64,000 bases of DNA from a virus. Its lineage: Duplodnaviria; Caudoviricetes. The position numbers and the translations under genes were made by a program. This document shows positions 36,004-44,994 of the stretch, piece by piece. Positions within the stretch are counted from its first letter, which is position 1, and every line of letters starts with the position of its first letter. A model generated the notes under the pieces. It saw nothing but the letters and a program-made list of their open reading frames with translations. It was not told where the DNA came from and ran no database searches. The DNA lies in IMG/VR virus record IMGVR_UViG_3300049988_000124, positions 64,001-128,000 of that record, one strand, 5' to 3'.

Positions 36004-36521
36004 TACTTGTTCGCCCTCTCTTGCTTGCGAAGGACACGCTCCTGATGGGCAAGGCGGTCATACCCGGCCTCCAAGCGCTGCCTCATCTCGTAAGGTGCGT
36101 AACAGACAACGTGGGCGTCGAACTCGGGGCGTTCTTTCAAGTACATCCGAGTCTTACTCGTTCCAGCAACAGCTGCCTCAATGTGACTGATCCGGTCAGC
36201 GACCTTCAGCCTAGCAGCCTCCGGTCTCACGATCAGTCTGTTGTACATGTCGGCATTGCGCCAGCGCCTGAACTTACCCACGCCGTAGCAGGCGTGAACG
36301 GTTGCCCTTACCCATTCCCCGAAGAGACTCCGCAAGGTGTCCTCTGCTACGCCGGGTTCCTCAGGTGTGTCGTGAACCCAACCAGCATCCGACCACCTAC
36401 CGGTGAAACCGAAGTCAGCTAGGATCCCGACTACGTCGCGCAAGTGGTGCCAGTAGGGAACCTCTCCGTACATCTGACCGAGATGGGCATTCTTGGCAAA
36501 TTCTTCTGCGGTGATGTGCAT
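36003..36521 (-). CDS. HD-domain protein, Mesh1/SpoT hydrolase-like
   Basis: AHLGQ.YG.VPY..HL; VHDTPEE; KVADRIS. Confidence 0.75.
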   Translation of the reverse strand: MHITAEEFAKNAHLGQMYGEVPYWHHLRDVVGILADFGFTGRWSDAGWVHDTPEEPGVAEDTLRSLFGEWVRATVHACYGVGKFRRWRNADMYNRLIVRPEAARLKVADRISHIEAAVAGTSKTRMYLKERPEFDAHVVCYAPYEMRQRLEAGYDRLAHQERVLRKQERANK

Positions 36522-36545
36522 GAGTTTTTCCCTTTCTCTCGTTAC

Positions 36546-37388
36546 TCAGCTGAGCATCGCCTCCAGCTTACCAATGGCAGTGGGGGCGAGATCTTCCAGC
36601 TCATCAATCTTGTCGCCGACCTGGTAGAATCGACTTACATCATGCCCGATACCGATGGCATCGAGGTAAATGTCACCGTCTTGATCAATTTGATTGACGA
36701 CCTGGGAAAGATGGTTAATGAGATAACTGAACGTAGTGTTCATTGGTTCGTATACGGTGTGACCTTTGTTATCCTTCCTACCACTGTTTCGCTCAGTAGT
36801 GGACTGGTCGACCGGTTCGCCGTCGGAGATAACCAAGAGAATGCGCCGCTTTGCGTCTTGTTGACGAAGACGACCCGCCGCCCACTCAAGTGCTTCTCCG
36901 TCGATGTTTTCCTTGAGGAGACCCTCGCGCAACATCAAGGCAAGGTTGTTGCGAACATCGGAGAGTTGTTCGTCGAACTCCTTGTAGACGATGTGACGAA
37001 GCACATTTAGTCGTCCAGGATTATCAGGCTTACCCTCGGAGATCCATTTCTCACGAGCATCTCCGCCCTTCCATGCCTTGGTGGTGAAACCAAGAATCTC
37101 ATTGGGAATACCCATGCGATCAAGGTACATGGAGATGATTCCGACCACGCCAACGGCGAATATAATCCGCCGTCCCCGCATGGAACCTGAGTTGTCGACG
37201 AGGAGAGTGACCACCGTCTTCTCAGATGGTACGACCATCTTGTCCAGCCGCTCGCGCAGTGGTTCAAAGTCGTCAACTGGGCATATGGTGTGAAAGGACT
37301 CGGCAAGACTAGCCAGTTCTTCTGGACTGCTGAGATCAAGTGGTCGAACGACCTCATCGAACTCTGTCGTATAGATCTTGTAATCCAT
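36546..37388 (-). CDS. cobT: CobT C-terminal vWA domain protein
   Basis: YKIYTTEFDE; LLVDNSGSMRG; EILGFTTKAWKGG; PGRLN.LRHI; EGLLKENIDGEAL; VISDG. Confidence 0.85.
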   Translation of the reverse strand: MDYKIYTTEFDEVVRPLDLSSPEELASLAESFHTICPVDDFEPLRERLDKMVVPSEKTVVTLLVDNSGSMRGRRIIFAVGVVGIISMYLDRMGIPNEILGFTTKAWKGGDAREKWISEGKPDNPGRLNVLRHIVYKEFDEQLSDVRNNLALMLREGLLKENIDGEALEWAAGRLRQQDAKRRILLVISDGEPVDQSTTERNSGRKDNKGHTVYEPMNTTFSYLINHLSQVVNQIDQDGDIYLDAIGIGHDVSRFYQVGDKIDELEDLAPTAIGKLEAMLS

Positions 37389-37399
37389 GTCTTAACCTC

Positions 37400-37921
37400 C
37401 TAACAGACGTAGTCGTCTTCGAAGAAACCGAAGTCATTCTCATCCTCACGCATGGGAGGAGAGAAAACGTTCGTCACGAAGTCAGCTGAAGTATCGATGT
37501 GAATCATGCGATTGGAATAGGACGTTTGAGCCATCTCCGCTTTGTCGTAGTGCCCTTTACTACTACTCCGATTAGCGAGCGCTTCTTGTCTTTCTGATTT
37601 GGTCCACTTGTGACCACAGTAACGATGTCCACCGAAGTGAGGATTGTAACGCCGCGCAAGCTGCTTTAGGCGACGAAGGGATGTCATAGGCAACCAGCGC
37701 TCCTGCCGCTTGCGACCATGAAACTTGGGCACGTGCCACCTGCCCTTATAATCACACAAGACAAGTTCATCGTCCCGCATGATCTTAACATGTTGACCTA
37801 CTGTGATGATCTGAACCCGGTCTTCATCGATCCGCCGCCAAACACGAGCAGGAGTAAATCCAGCTCGGTCTTTCTCGAGGACAACATCGTTGCGTCTGAG
37901 TTTACGTGGTTGTTCGATCAT
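37400..37921 (-). CDS. Hypothetical basic protein
   Basis: Coupled ORF. Confidence 0.55.
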   Translation of the reverse strand: MIEQPRKLRRNDVVLEKDRAGFTPARVWRRIDEDRVQIITVGQHVKIMRDDELVLCDYKGRWHVPKFHGRKRQERWLPMTSLRRLKQLARRYNPHFGGHRYCGHKWTKSERQEALANRSSSKGHYDKAEMAQTSYSNRMIHIDTSADFVTNVFSPPMREDENDFGFFEDDYVC

Positions 37922-38289
37922 GGTTCTACTTCCTTTTGTCGAATGAGCTCATTGTCTAACCAAGTAGAGCGTACGCTGAGTGGACGAGATGCTGACTTCT
38001 TATCTACCAGGGGCGTACCGTCTTTGTCAACGACACGAAAGCCGCTCTTGTCAATGAGAAAGATACCGACCATCGATTCCTCCACGGTCGTGTCAGTAGC
38101 CGGTATATCTTTCTTAATGTCGATGTCGAGGATACGAGGTGGTCGCATCCAGAAAGGTGTAGTACCAGGATCACGCAGATTGGCCTTGTCACCCCAGTTA
38201 GGTCTCAACCAGAATGCACTGGGAACATCGCGCGCTACTTGACGCTCTAGGCGCTCAGTAGCAGTTCCCTCATCATCAAGGACGCCCAT
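37918..38289 (-). CDS. Hypothetical protein
   Basis: Coupled ORF. Confidence 0.55.
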   Translation of the reverse strand: MGVLDDEGTATERLERQVARDVPSAFWLRPNWGDKANLRDPGTTPFWMRPPRILDIDIKKDIPATDTTVEESMVGIFLIDKSGFRVVDKDGTPLVDKKSASRPLSVRSTWLDNELIRQKEVEP

Positions 38290-38546
38290 CAGGGCTCTTT
38301 CTGATTGATACCAAAGCGACGATCGATGTCACTGGTGCTGGCCAGGCGAATGTCGGTGAGCTCACCCCTCGTGATCTTCCCATCACGATTGGCGATATGG
38401 TAGGCCAAGGCTCCGGCTGGACCTTGACGGGCCAGGACGTCTGCGTCCCGGTACCCTTTGTCGTTCACTTCGATCTGATTGTAGATCCAAGGCAGGTTGA
38501 CGATGATCAACCCACCCAGGAGAATAGCAAGGATGATTTTCTTCAT
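38289..38546 (-). CDS. Small secreted/membrane protein
   Basis: MKKIILAILLGGLIIVNLPW. Confidence 0.6.
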   Translation of the reverse strand: MKKIILAILLGGLIIVNLPWIYNQIEVNDKGYRDADVLARQGPAGALAYHIANRDGKITRGELTDIRLASTSDIDRRFGINQKEP

Positions 38547-38558
38547 GGTAAATCCTTC

Positions 38559-38906
38559 CTAGATGTTGAAACCCTGCGATCGACACAGACGCACGAGCTC
38601 TTCGAAGATTGCTTCGATTGCGTAAGATTCGACTTCCTTGTCGTAACCGATGTCCATGTATTCTCTGACGATTTGCCAGACGTGAACCGACTCGTGGACC
38701 AGAGACAGTCTGATCTCATCGGGTGGTTCGGCCGGATCGATAAATACCAGAACTCGATTATTGACAACGACACTACAAACAGAGCCCGATAGAGCTTTGT
38801 CAGTCAGGTCCAGTTCATGGCCGCTGTCTTTGGCGTACTGCTTATACTCCGCCCGCGACGTGAAGAGCGTGAGCGTCACAGGGGCGGTGATCAACGAAAG
38901 CGGCAA
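38559..38906 (-). CDS. Hypothetical protein with HExxH motif
   Basis: LVHESVHVW...EVESY. Confidence 0.55.
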   Translation of the reverse strand: MPLSLITAPVTLTLFTSRAEYKQYAKDSGHELDLTDKALSGSVCSVVVNNRVLVFIDPAEPPDEIRLSLVHESVHVWQIVREYMDIGYDKEVESYAIEAIFEELVRLCRSQGFNI

Positions 38907-39087
38907 GGTCTCGTTCCTCTTCTACTTGTTCGAGATGATGGATCTCGCACTCTAGACGAGCCAGTGATACGGCACGGACTACGAAAGCAGCCTCGGTTGG
39001 GCCGTAGTAGGAGTCGCTCCATACTCCGTGCATGAACCAAAGGTCGTCTAGTTTGCGGCGAGTTGCAAAAGCACGCGTGTCAGGCAT
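38842..39087 (-). CDS. Hypothetical protein
   Basis: Coupled start; 3' overlap with next gene. Confidence 0.4.
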   Translation of the reverse strand: MPDTRAFATRRKLDDLWFMHGVWSDSYYGPTEAAFVVRAVSLARLECEIHHLEQVEEERDLAAFVDHRPCDAHALHVAGGV

Positions 39088-39479
39088 CAGCTACGCGTCG
39101 TCCGTGCTGCTTCTTCCTGCTCAATCGTCGGTAGTGGAATGTCGATGACATAGTCCCAGTGATCCATTTTGCCGAGCGGCTTCATGCACGTTCCCACCTC
39201 GTCACTGCGATACCAGCACAGCTCTTTTGCGCTCCACTGAGCAACCATCCATGAGCCGTTATCAGCACTACCACTCAGTTGCGGGTTGAACTTCAGCCAG
39301 TGATGACCACAATGACGGATGTGTGATCCAGGCGGGATCGGTTCGTGAGCAGCCTTGCGCTCGGCAATCAGCCGATTGTAATTACCCGGCTGCAAGAGGT
39401 TAGCGCCCGTGATCTCCTCGAGCTCTTCCTTCTTTGTCCCCTTGAGGCTGGTAAGGTGTGCTGCTAGTCCTGCCTTCAT
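39087..39479 (-). CDS. Hypothetical protein
   Basis: Coupled ORF. Confidence 0.5.
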   Translation of the reverse strand: MKAGLAAHLTSLKGTKKEELEEITGANLLQPGNYNRLIAERKAAHEPIPPGSHIRHCGHHWLKFNPQLSGSADNGSWMVAQWSAKELCWYRSDEVGTCMKPLGKMDHWDYVIDIPLPTIEQEEAARTTRS

Positions 39480-39844
39480 GACGGCTTCTCCACTTCGTTG
39501 ACGGAGTTATACTGAACGTATCCCTGGAAATTACCCTCGCACAAAGTCAAGACTCTGACCGTCACCGTCGGAGTCCGGCGTCGCACGAGTTGGACGAAAG
39601 GTTCGCCCATCATGAAGCCATCGAGAATGGCAATGAGATTGTAGCGCGAGTCTCCAGGCTTGCCTTCATTTGCGAAAACAAGCTCGACATTCTTACTATC
39701 TCGAAAGTTACCATCGATCGCGTTGATGATCTTCGTGATGTCGGAATCTTCCACCCGTTTCAGGAGGTCGAGAATCTCCCTGGACACGTTGATTCCCTTA
39801 ACGATCTTGCGCAGTTCTGCGCGGTCTTCTGCTTCGGTGTTCAT
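39476..39844 (-). CDS. Hypothetical protein
   Basis: AAGGG RBS. Confidence 0.55.
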   Translation of the reverse strand: MNTEAEDRAELRKIVKGINVSREILDLLKRVEDSDITKIINAIDGNFRDSKNVELVFANEGKPGDSRYNLIAILDGFMMGEPFVQLVRRRTPTVTVRVLTLCEGNFQGYVQYNSVNEVEKPS

Positions 39845-39858
39845 GTGTAAAAACCCTT

Positions 39859-40197
39859 CTACTGATTGGGGTCGATCCCCTCGACGGCAGTAAAGAGCCG
39901 CTTCCTGGTCTTGGCGTGGAGGAGGAGCTTCAGGGCCGACGTGATCTCCTCGTCCATGACTTCCTCAGCGATCCGCTCGAGACGCTTGGTGAAGCTCTCG
40001 GACAAGATAAGCTCTTCGACGTGCTTCCTGATGATCTCGTGGGCGAGACCCTCGGTGTGACCCTGGTATTGACCCGAGTCGAACAGATTGCGGACCGAAC
40101 GCCTGGCGGCCTGGAGAACTTCGCTCTCGAAGAGGGCCTCAGCCTCCTTCTGGGCCTTTGTAAGTGCGGTCGACATATCGAACTGGACGTTTTGCAT
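39859..40197 (-). CDS. Hypothetical protein
   Basis: AAAGGA RBS. Confidence 0.55.
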   Translation of the reverse strand: MQNVQFDMSTALTKAQKEAEALFESEVLQAARRSVRNLFDSGQYQGHTEGLAHEIIRKHVEELILSESFTKRLERIAEEVMDEEITSALKLLLHAKTRKRLFTAVEGIDPNQ

Positions 40198-40675
40198 GAT
40201 TGAATCCTTTGGGTGGTTTGGACCAGTCGAGGCGTGGTGTGCCCCACTGGACGAACAGCGTATTTCTACGCATGGGGGTAAGAACAGCAGCGAGGACCTT
40301 GTCCATCTGCTGGCACTGGGTACGGCTGATGCCGTGGAGACCGATCGCGATGAGGTTCGGCATGAAGTTCTCGTTCATGGCGAAATAGTCAGCGAGCCGG
40401 TTCATGACCTGGAAGCCGTTCAGGCTGCGAGGTCCAAATGATGTGTCAAATGACAGGTGAGTGATCTGCTCCAGAACTCCTGTGTCTGAGTCCAGTAGCT
40501 TCAAGAACTCCTCTGGTGTTCGCATCACCGTCCAGCCCTCTGGACAAGGACGCGACGTATCGACGTAGATCCTAGCGGGTCCGTCGAGGGGGATAGTGAG
40601 AATCTCAGGCCTGGTCTTGGAGAGGAACTTATCTGAGGCAGGTCCTGCACGCTTGGGTTGCTTGCCAATCTTCAT
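40139..40675 (-). CDS. Cyclic-phosphate-processing receiver-like domain, degenerate copy
   Basis: IYVDTSRPCPEGW...THLSFDTSFG...GLHG. Confidence 0.6.
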   Translation of the reverse strand: MKIGKQPKRAGPASDKFLSKTRPEILTIPLDGPARIYVDTSRPCPEGWTVMRTPEEFLKLLDSDTGVLEQITHLSFDTSFGPRSLNGFQVMNRLADYFAMNENFMPNLIAIGLHGISRTQCQQMDKVLAAVLTPMRRNTLFVQWGTPRLDWSKPPKGFNHAKRPVRYVDRTYKGPEGG

Positions 40676-40700
40676 GGATGATACTCTTTTTTGTGAAAAG

Positions 40701-41240
40701 TTACAGAGACGGGGTACCGATGCGAAGACGAATGTTGTCGCGGTGAGAGAATTCGAGGATTTCCTCGAGGCTGCGACGCATCTTCTTGGCCTGATCGAGG
40801 TCTGAGCTATGAAAGCTCACGACCTTCAGATTGGGCATGTACGGTTGATTGTCGCAGTCGCCGTTGAAGATCATCTGACCAAGAACACCCACTGCTTCGT
40901 GCCCAGTCACCTGATCGCGGTGACCCAAGTACCAGTCGAGGGAAATGTGGGAGACCTGGTCGAGGAACTCTTTGTCCCGCTCGAGCATTTCCTTGAATTG
41001 CCAGAACGTTGTGCACAGCGTCCAGCCCGGCGGGCAGGGCCGCTCGTCGTCCAGGTAGATCTTGATCGAATTGGGAGAATTGTCAGGAACCTCGTCCATG
41101 ACAGATTCGTATACCGGGGCGGGTCGGTACTGGGCTGGACGATCATGAAGACCTACCTGATACTCGCGGTTAGCGCGGGCCTGGAGACCTTTGGCCGAGG
41201 GTTTGTGCCACTTGTTCTTCGGGGGTGGTTTCAACTTCAT
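40701..41240 (-). CDS. Cyclic-phosphate-processing receiver-like domain protein
   Basis: IYLDDERPCPPGW...SHISLDWYLG...TGHE...FHSSD. Confidence 0.7.
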   Translation of the reverse strand: MKLKPPPKNKWHKPSAKGLQARANREYQVGLHDRPAQYRPAPVYESVMDEVPDNSPNSIKIYLDDERPCPPGWTLCTTFWQFKEMLERDKEFLDQVSHISLDWYLGHRDQVTGHEAVGVLGQMIFNGDCDNQPYMPNLKVVSFHSSDLDQAKKMRRSLEEILEFSHRDNIRLRIGTPSL

Positions 41241-41521
41241 GGTAGATATCCTTTCTTATCTAAGTTGGGATAATTCCCGTAGTGGGTGACTTGGTACGTT
41301 TCGTTCTCGCAGTGGATCAAGAAGCGGTCAGGATCACGGTCGTCGATACCGATAACCCGACCAGTCTGAATAATGCTGCTCTTACCCTTCCTGGGAACAG
41401 TGCGAACATACATCACCGAGATCATCTCATTCTGATCATCCCGGAGACCCAGACGACGACGATCTTTCTTGCTGTACCGCTGAACCTTGGCGTAGCGGTA
41501 GTCGGGTTGGATGTCGATCAT
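41237..41521 (-). CDS. Hypothetical protein
   Basis: Coupled ORF. Confidence 0.55.
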   Translation of the reverse strand: MIDIQPDYRYAKVQRYSKKDRRRLGLRDDQNEMISVMYVRTVPRKGKSSIIQTGRVIGIDDRDPDRFLIHCENETYQVTHYGNYPNLDKKGYLP

Positions 41522-41751
41522 GTCTGATCTTTTTTGCCGAAAGGAGGGATGGGGGAGGGAAGATTCATGCCGTGAGCATCCAGACGCTTCATGAAGTAGG
41601 TGATGTCACGGTCAGCATCTTCGTAGTCCTTCTCAGGTCCCTTGGAGTGACAACCGTGACGGCATTTGAAGAACCCACCGATGCCGTGCTCACAAAACTT
41701 ACGCATTCTCCGCAGCCGTTTCCTTGAGCAAGAAAAGAGCCTGCTCTTCAC
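41518..41751 (-). CDS. Hypothetical protein
   Basis: ORF; Cys/His cluster. Confidence 0.4.
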   Translation of the reverse strand: MKSRLFSCSRKRLRRMRKFCEHGIGGFFKCRHGCHSKGPEKDYEDADRDITYFMKRLDAHGMNLPSPIPPFGKKDQT

Positions 41752-42310
41752 GAAGCTTTGAAAGCGACTCGTTGTTCATTCCGTCCCAAGTGGTGTCGTC
41801 GTAGTTCCAGACGATGTTTTCCTTAACAACACTCGTGATCGAGATGATCTTGGTGTCGGCATTTCGGTAATACGGACTAGGATAGACAGGAGGATCGACA
41901 GGAAGCGTTGGTGGATTCAGGATCATGAACTTGGATGGAATGACGCTCAAGTTAGTATCTACACCATTCCAATATTCAGAAGAGAACCGAACATCACTGT
42001 TCTCATGGTGACGATAAAGATAATCGAATATGAAAATATCTGGATCGCCAATATAGCCGTCATCTTGAATGACCCCGTATAGAAGGATCTTCTCAGGTCC
42101 CTCATATCCCTCGAACAGTGGGAGAGACAAGAAATACTTTTTGTCGAACTTATCGATGGGGAGCCAAACGTCGCGCGCGACATCGGGCATCAACGGAGCC
42201 TTTGGTGCTGCTTCTTTTTTCTTCCTGGCGTCTGTCGCTAGGTAATCCAATCCTGCAGCACGAATCTCACCAGCAAGGCGAATTGCATCCAATCTAGATT
42301 GATCAGTCAT
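41699..42310 (-). CDS. Hypothetical protein
   Basis: Start MTDQSRL after GGAG. Confidence 0.6.
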   Translation of the reverse strand: MTDQSRLDAIRLAGEIRAAGLDYLATDARKKKEAAPKAPLMPDVARDVWLPIDKFDKKYFLSLPLFEGYEGPEKILLYGVIQDDGYIGDPDIFIFDYLYRHHENSDVRFSSEYWNGVDTNLSVIPSKFMILNPPTLPVDPPVYPSPYYRNADTKIISITSVVKENIVWNYDDTTWDGMNNESLSKLREEQALFLLKETAAENA

Positions 42311-42361
42311 GTTGTTATCTCCTGTGATTTGAACGCAGATACACACTGCTGCATCAAGTGA

Positions 42362-42369
42362 GTGATATA
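42362..42369 (-). promoter_or_regulatory. Possible early promoter core TATATCAC
   Basis: 52 nt upstream of 42310; upstream CATC absent. Confidence 0.3.
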
Positions 42370-42452
42370 GGGACAAAGCTTTTTGAGGTCGGTTACTCAG
42401 ACGATATCAATAGCTAGGGTATAAACAATGTACAAAAAACAAAAGGAATGAA

Positions 42453-42482
42453 TAGAGAGGAGGGCAATTGCCCTCCTCTCTA
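42453..42482. terminator. Intergenic hairpin
   Basis: tagagaggagggc-aatt-gccctcctctcta. Confidence 0.75.
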
Positions 42483-42484
42483 CC

Positions 42485-43099
42485 TTAGTCATCGAGCTGC
42501 GGAACAACGAGGGTGAGATCATCACCGCATTTATTGGCGATGAGGTTGAGACCTTTGTCGACGCCGCCTATCCCGCCTTGGGAAGCAGCAAACTCCTGGT
42601 GGTCACCCTCGAAGAAGATAAACACATTGTCACCGTGGATACCGTGCTGCTGCCAGTGGAACTTACCAAAGCGTGTTTCCACTAACCAGTCACCATTGTA
42701 ATAGTCGGTGAACTGTCCCATCTCGCCTGAGATCTTCTCGATGCCAATGATCTTGACGAACTCCGCTGCTGGAATCCTGCTCTTGAAGATTCGTTCGGTA
42801 GTCGTCAGTGCCTCGAGATATTCCGGTGATCGGGTAATTGCCGCCTGCTCCCAGGTAAGGGTGGACTCCTGAACACGGACCTCTACGGTACCGTCGGTGT
42901 CCTTCTCCTCTTCAAGGTCGAGGGTCGGGGAGGATCGATAGAGAAGCTCGGCTACTTCTCCCATGGTCCAACCCTCAATGGGGCTAGTGGAAGTAGTGCC
43001 GATGACTTTTAATTTTCCGAGTGCTGCATTACCTTGAGTAAAACCGATGGCATCATCAAGACCTGCTTTCATCATCTCGAATGCTTTGGTCATAAACAC
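42485..43099 (-). CDS. Hypothetical protein
   Basis: 204 aa, GGAG RBS. Confidence 0.6.
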   Translation of the reverse strand: MFMTKAFEMMKAGLDDAIGFTQGNAALGKLKVIGTTSTSPIEGWTMGEVAELLYRSSPTLDLEEEKDTDGTVEVRVQESTLTWEQAAITRSPEYLEALTTTERIFKSRIPAAEFVKIIGIEKISGEMGQFTDYYNGDWLVETRFGKFHWQQHGIHGDNVFIFFEGDHQEFAASQGGIGGVDKGLNLIANKCGDDLTLVVPQLDD

Positions 43100-43147
43100 T
43101 ACTCCTAAGCTTACACGCGACCTAAATAACGCGCCTTCATCACTTTA

Positions 43148-43172
43148 GTGATATAGCGTCACAGGCGTGATG
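43148..43172 (-). promoter_or_regulatory. Putative early promoter CATC-N13-TATATCAC
   Basis: 49 nt upstream of 43099. Confidence 0.5.
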
Positions 43173-43174
43173 AT

Positions 43175-43342
43175 TTATTTCCCGAACAGTTTCTTCTTGC
43201 GCTTCTTCTCAGCCCGTTTCTCATGACGATTGAGAGGTTTACCAAAGGGTGAGTAAGTTCGCTCATTCCCTGGGATCGCTTGATTGTTTTGTGTCAGGAG
43301 AGTCTCACTTGACCCAAAGTTCCACGTCGTTCGTTGACCCAT
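43175..43342 (-). CDS. Small basic protein (55 aa, not in ORF track)
   Basis: MGQRTTWNFG...NRHEKRAEKKRKKKLFGK; GGAG RBS. Confidence 0.55.
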   Translation of the reverse strand: MGQRTTWNFGSSETLLTQNNQAIPGNERTYSPFGKPLNRHEKRAEKKRKKKLFGK

Positions 43343-43354
43343 GGTGCAGAGCTC

Positions 43355-44167
43355 CTATTCTTCTTCGACCCCGCGATCACCGTCGCGCAGACGATGTTCG
43401 AACTGCTCACGTGACTCAGGGTTCATGTGCGCTTTCTTACATCCCTTCAAGTAGAAGTGATGCCAGCGCTCTCTCACGACTGGGATGGGATGATGAAAAC
43501 CGAGCACAGCTGCTGCGTGAAGGAAGTGGAGGATGAAGTGGCTGTTATACTCATCCCACCGACTGTAGAAACGAGCTTGCGTTTGATCCCACAAGTCAGC
43601 ACTGGCGAGAAGATCCATCCGCATGAACAGATCATGTTCGTAATGCTGACCCAGGTCCATGGGCTTGCCATCGATCCCGGAGTTCATCACACAGGCACGA
43701 AATGATCGAAGGGTATCCTTACAAGGGTGCTCCTTGTAAAAGCCGTCAGGGCCTCTTAAACCAAGGATAAGGACACCTTGCTGACGCCTAGTGATCTGAC
43801 CCACCCAATCCTGGAGAACGGGAATAGCGCTGGACGTATTAGCAGCAGGCTTCATGATCTCGTTCATCATGAGGAACCACTCGCGCTGAGCCGCTGTCTT
43901 GACTTCGTCATCGATAGCGGCGTCTACGATCTCACTCCAAGGACTAGTAATTACGTGACCATGCGCGCAACACGAGTAGCGTCCCTGTTTCCGATTGTCG
44001 CTGGTGAAATAGTCAGCATCGCGACCACAAACGGGGCACTTGGGTGTCTTGTGTGCATTAGCGAACATTGCTACGACGTTGTCGAGGTTCTGCTCGTCTT
44101 CTGGTGTAAACTCTCTGGCCAAGTTTCCAACGGTAACAGAGCCACCTAGATAAAGTTTATCGGACAT
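43355..44167 (-). CDS. Hypothetical protein with Zn ribbon
   Basis: CPVCG...CCAHGH. Confidence 0.6.
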   Translation of the reverse strand: MSDKLYLGGSVTVGNLAREFTPEDEQNLDNVVAMFANAHKTPKCPVCGRDADYFTSDNRKQGRYSCCAHGHVITSPWSEIVDAAIDDEVKTAAQREWFLMMNEIMKPAANTSSAIPVLQDWVGQITRRQQGVLILGLRGPDGFYKEHPCKDTLRSFRACVMNSGIDGKPMDLGQHYEHDLFMRMDLLASADLWDQTQARFYSRWDEYNSHFILHFLHAAAVLGFHHPIPVVRERWHHFYLKGCKKAHMNPESREQFEHRLRDGDRGVEEE

Positions 44168-44267
44168 GACTTAGGGTATCCTTTATCTTTAGTCATAGCT
44201 TCACGCTGAACAAAAACGAAATAATAGAAAGGAGTGAGGGTATTACCCCTCACCCCCCTCGATTGTG

Positions 44268-44990
44268 TTAAAACAACTTAACGATGTCACCTACGTTGAC
44301 GACGATGATGAGCCAGAGTAAAATAATGGTACTGACACCCTTCGCGACCACGGTCACTTTGTGTGTCGACCATTTGTTATTCACCCATGACACGGTGTCA
44401 ACAACGATTCGTCCACCATCGAGTGGAAAAAGAGGAATGAGGTTAAAGATACCCAGACCAACGTTGAGAGCAAATAATGACAAGATGAACGTAATGAGGA
44501 GTCCATCTTTTTTCGTTACCTCCCCTAGCACATCATTCGACTGTACTATTCCTGCCAACTCATGCGCCGGATCGGGCGGAATGAGATGAAAGAAGTCAAT
44601 GGATCGACCAAGGGATTTCACGATGGCAACTATGGTGTCGATGTACAAACCCCATCCTGCGGACAGAGTAGCGACAACTCCCAGTATTGGGAAAGTAAGG
44701 AGCATGATGGGAATGAGATTAAACACAGGTCCTGCTAGGGACACCACAATCCGCTTCCATGGATGCTTCTTCTCCAAGCTTTCCACGTCCATGCTGACGT
44801 AACCACCAAGAGGAATTGCTCTCAGGGACCAGTCGTTCTTGACTCCCTTGTGGGTGATCAAGCTGGGACCAAAGCCCACGTTGAAGGAATCAACTTTGAT
44901 CCCGAACACGCGGCACGCCAAGAGGTGACCTAGCTCATGCCAGGCCACAACCAGGAGTACGGCGAAGAGAAAAACAACGGTTGACAACAT
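44268..44990 (-). CDS. Site-2 (M50) intramembrane zinc protease, RseP-like, no PDZ
   Basis: HELGH; FNVGFG; IPLGGYV; AGPVFN; FNLIPLFPLDGG. Confidence 0.9.
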   Translation of the reverse strand: MLSTVVFLFAVLLVVAWHELGHLLACRVFGIKVDSFNVGFGPSLITHKGVKNDWSLRAIPLGGYVSMDVESLEKKHPWKRIVVSLAGPVFNLIPIMLLTFPILGVVATLSAGWGLYIDTIVAIVKSLGRSIDFFHLIPPDPAHELAGIVQSNDVLGEVTKKDGLLITFILSLFALNVGLGIFNLIPLFPLDGGRIVVDTVSWVNNKWSTHKVTVVAKGVSTIILLWLIIVVNVGDIVKLF

Positions 44991-44994
44991 TCGC

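Noticed and set aside
36546-37388. Phage cobalamin biosynthesis
   Set aside because: Only the vWA half of CobT is present; no cobN, cobS or other cob genes in the window
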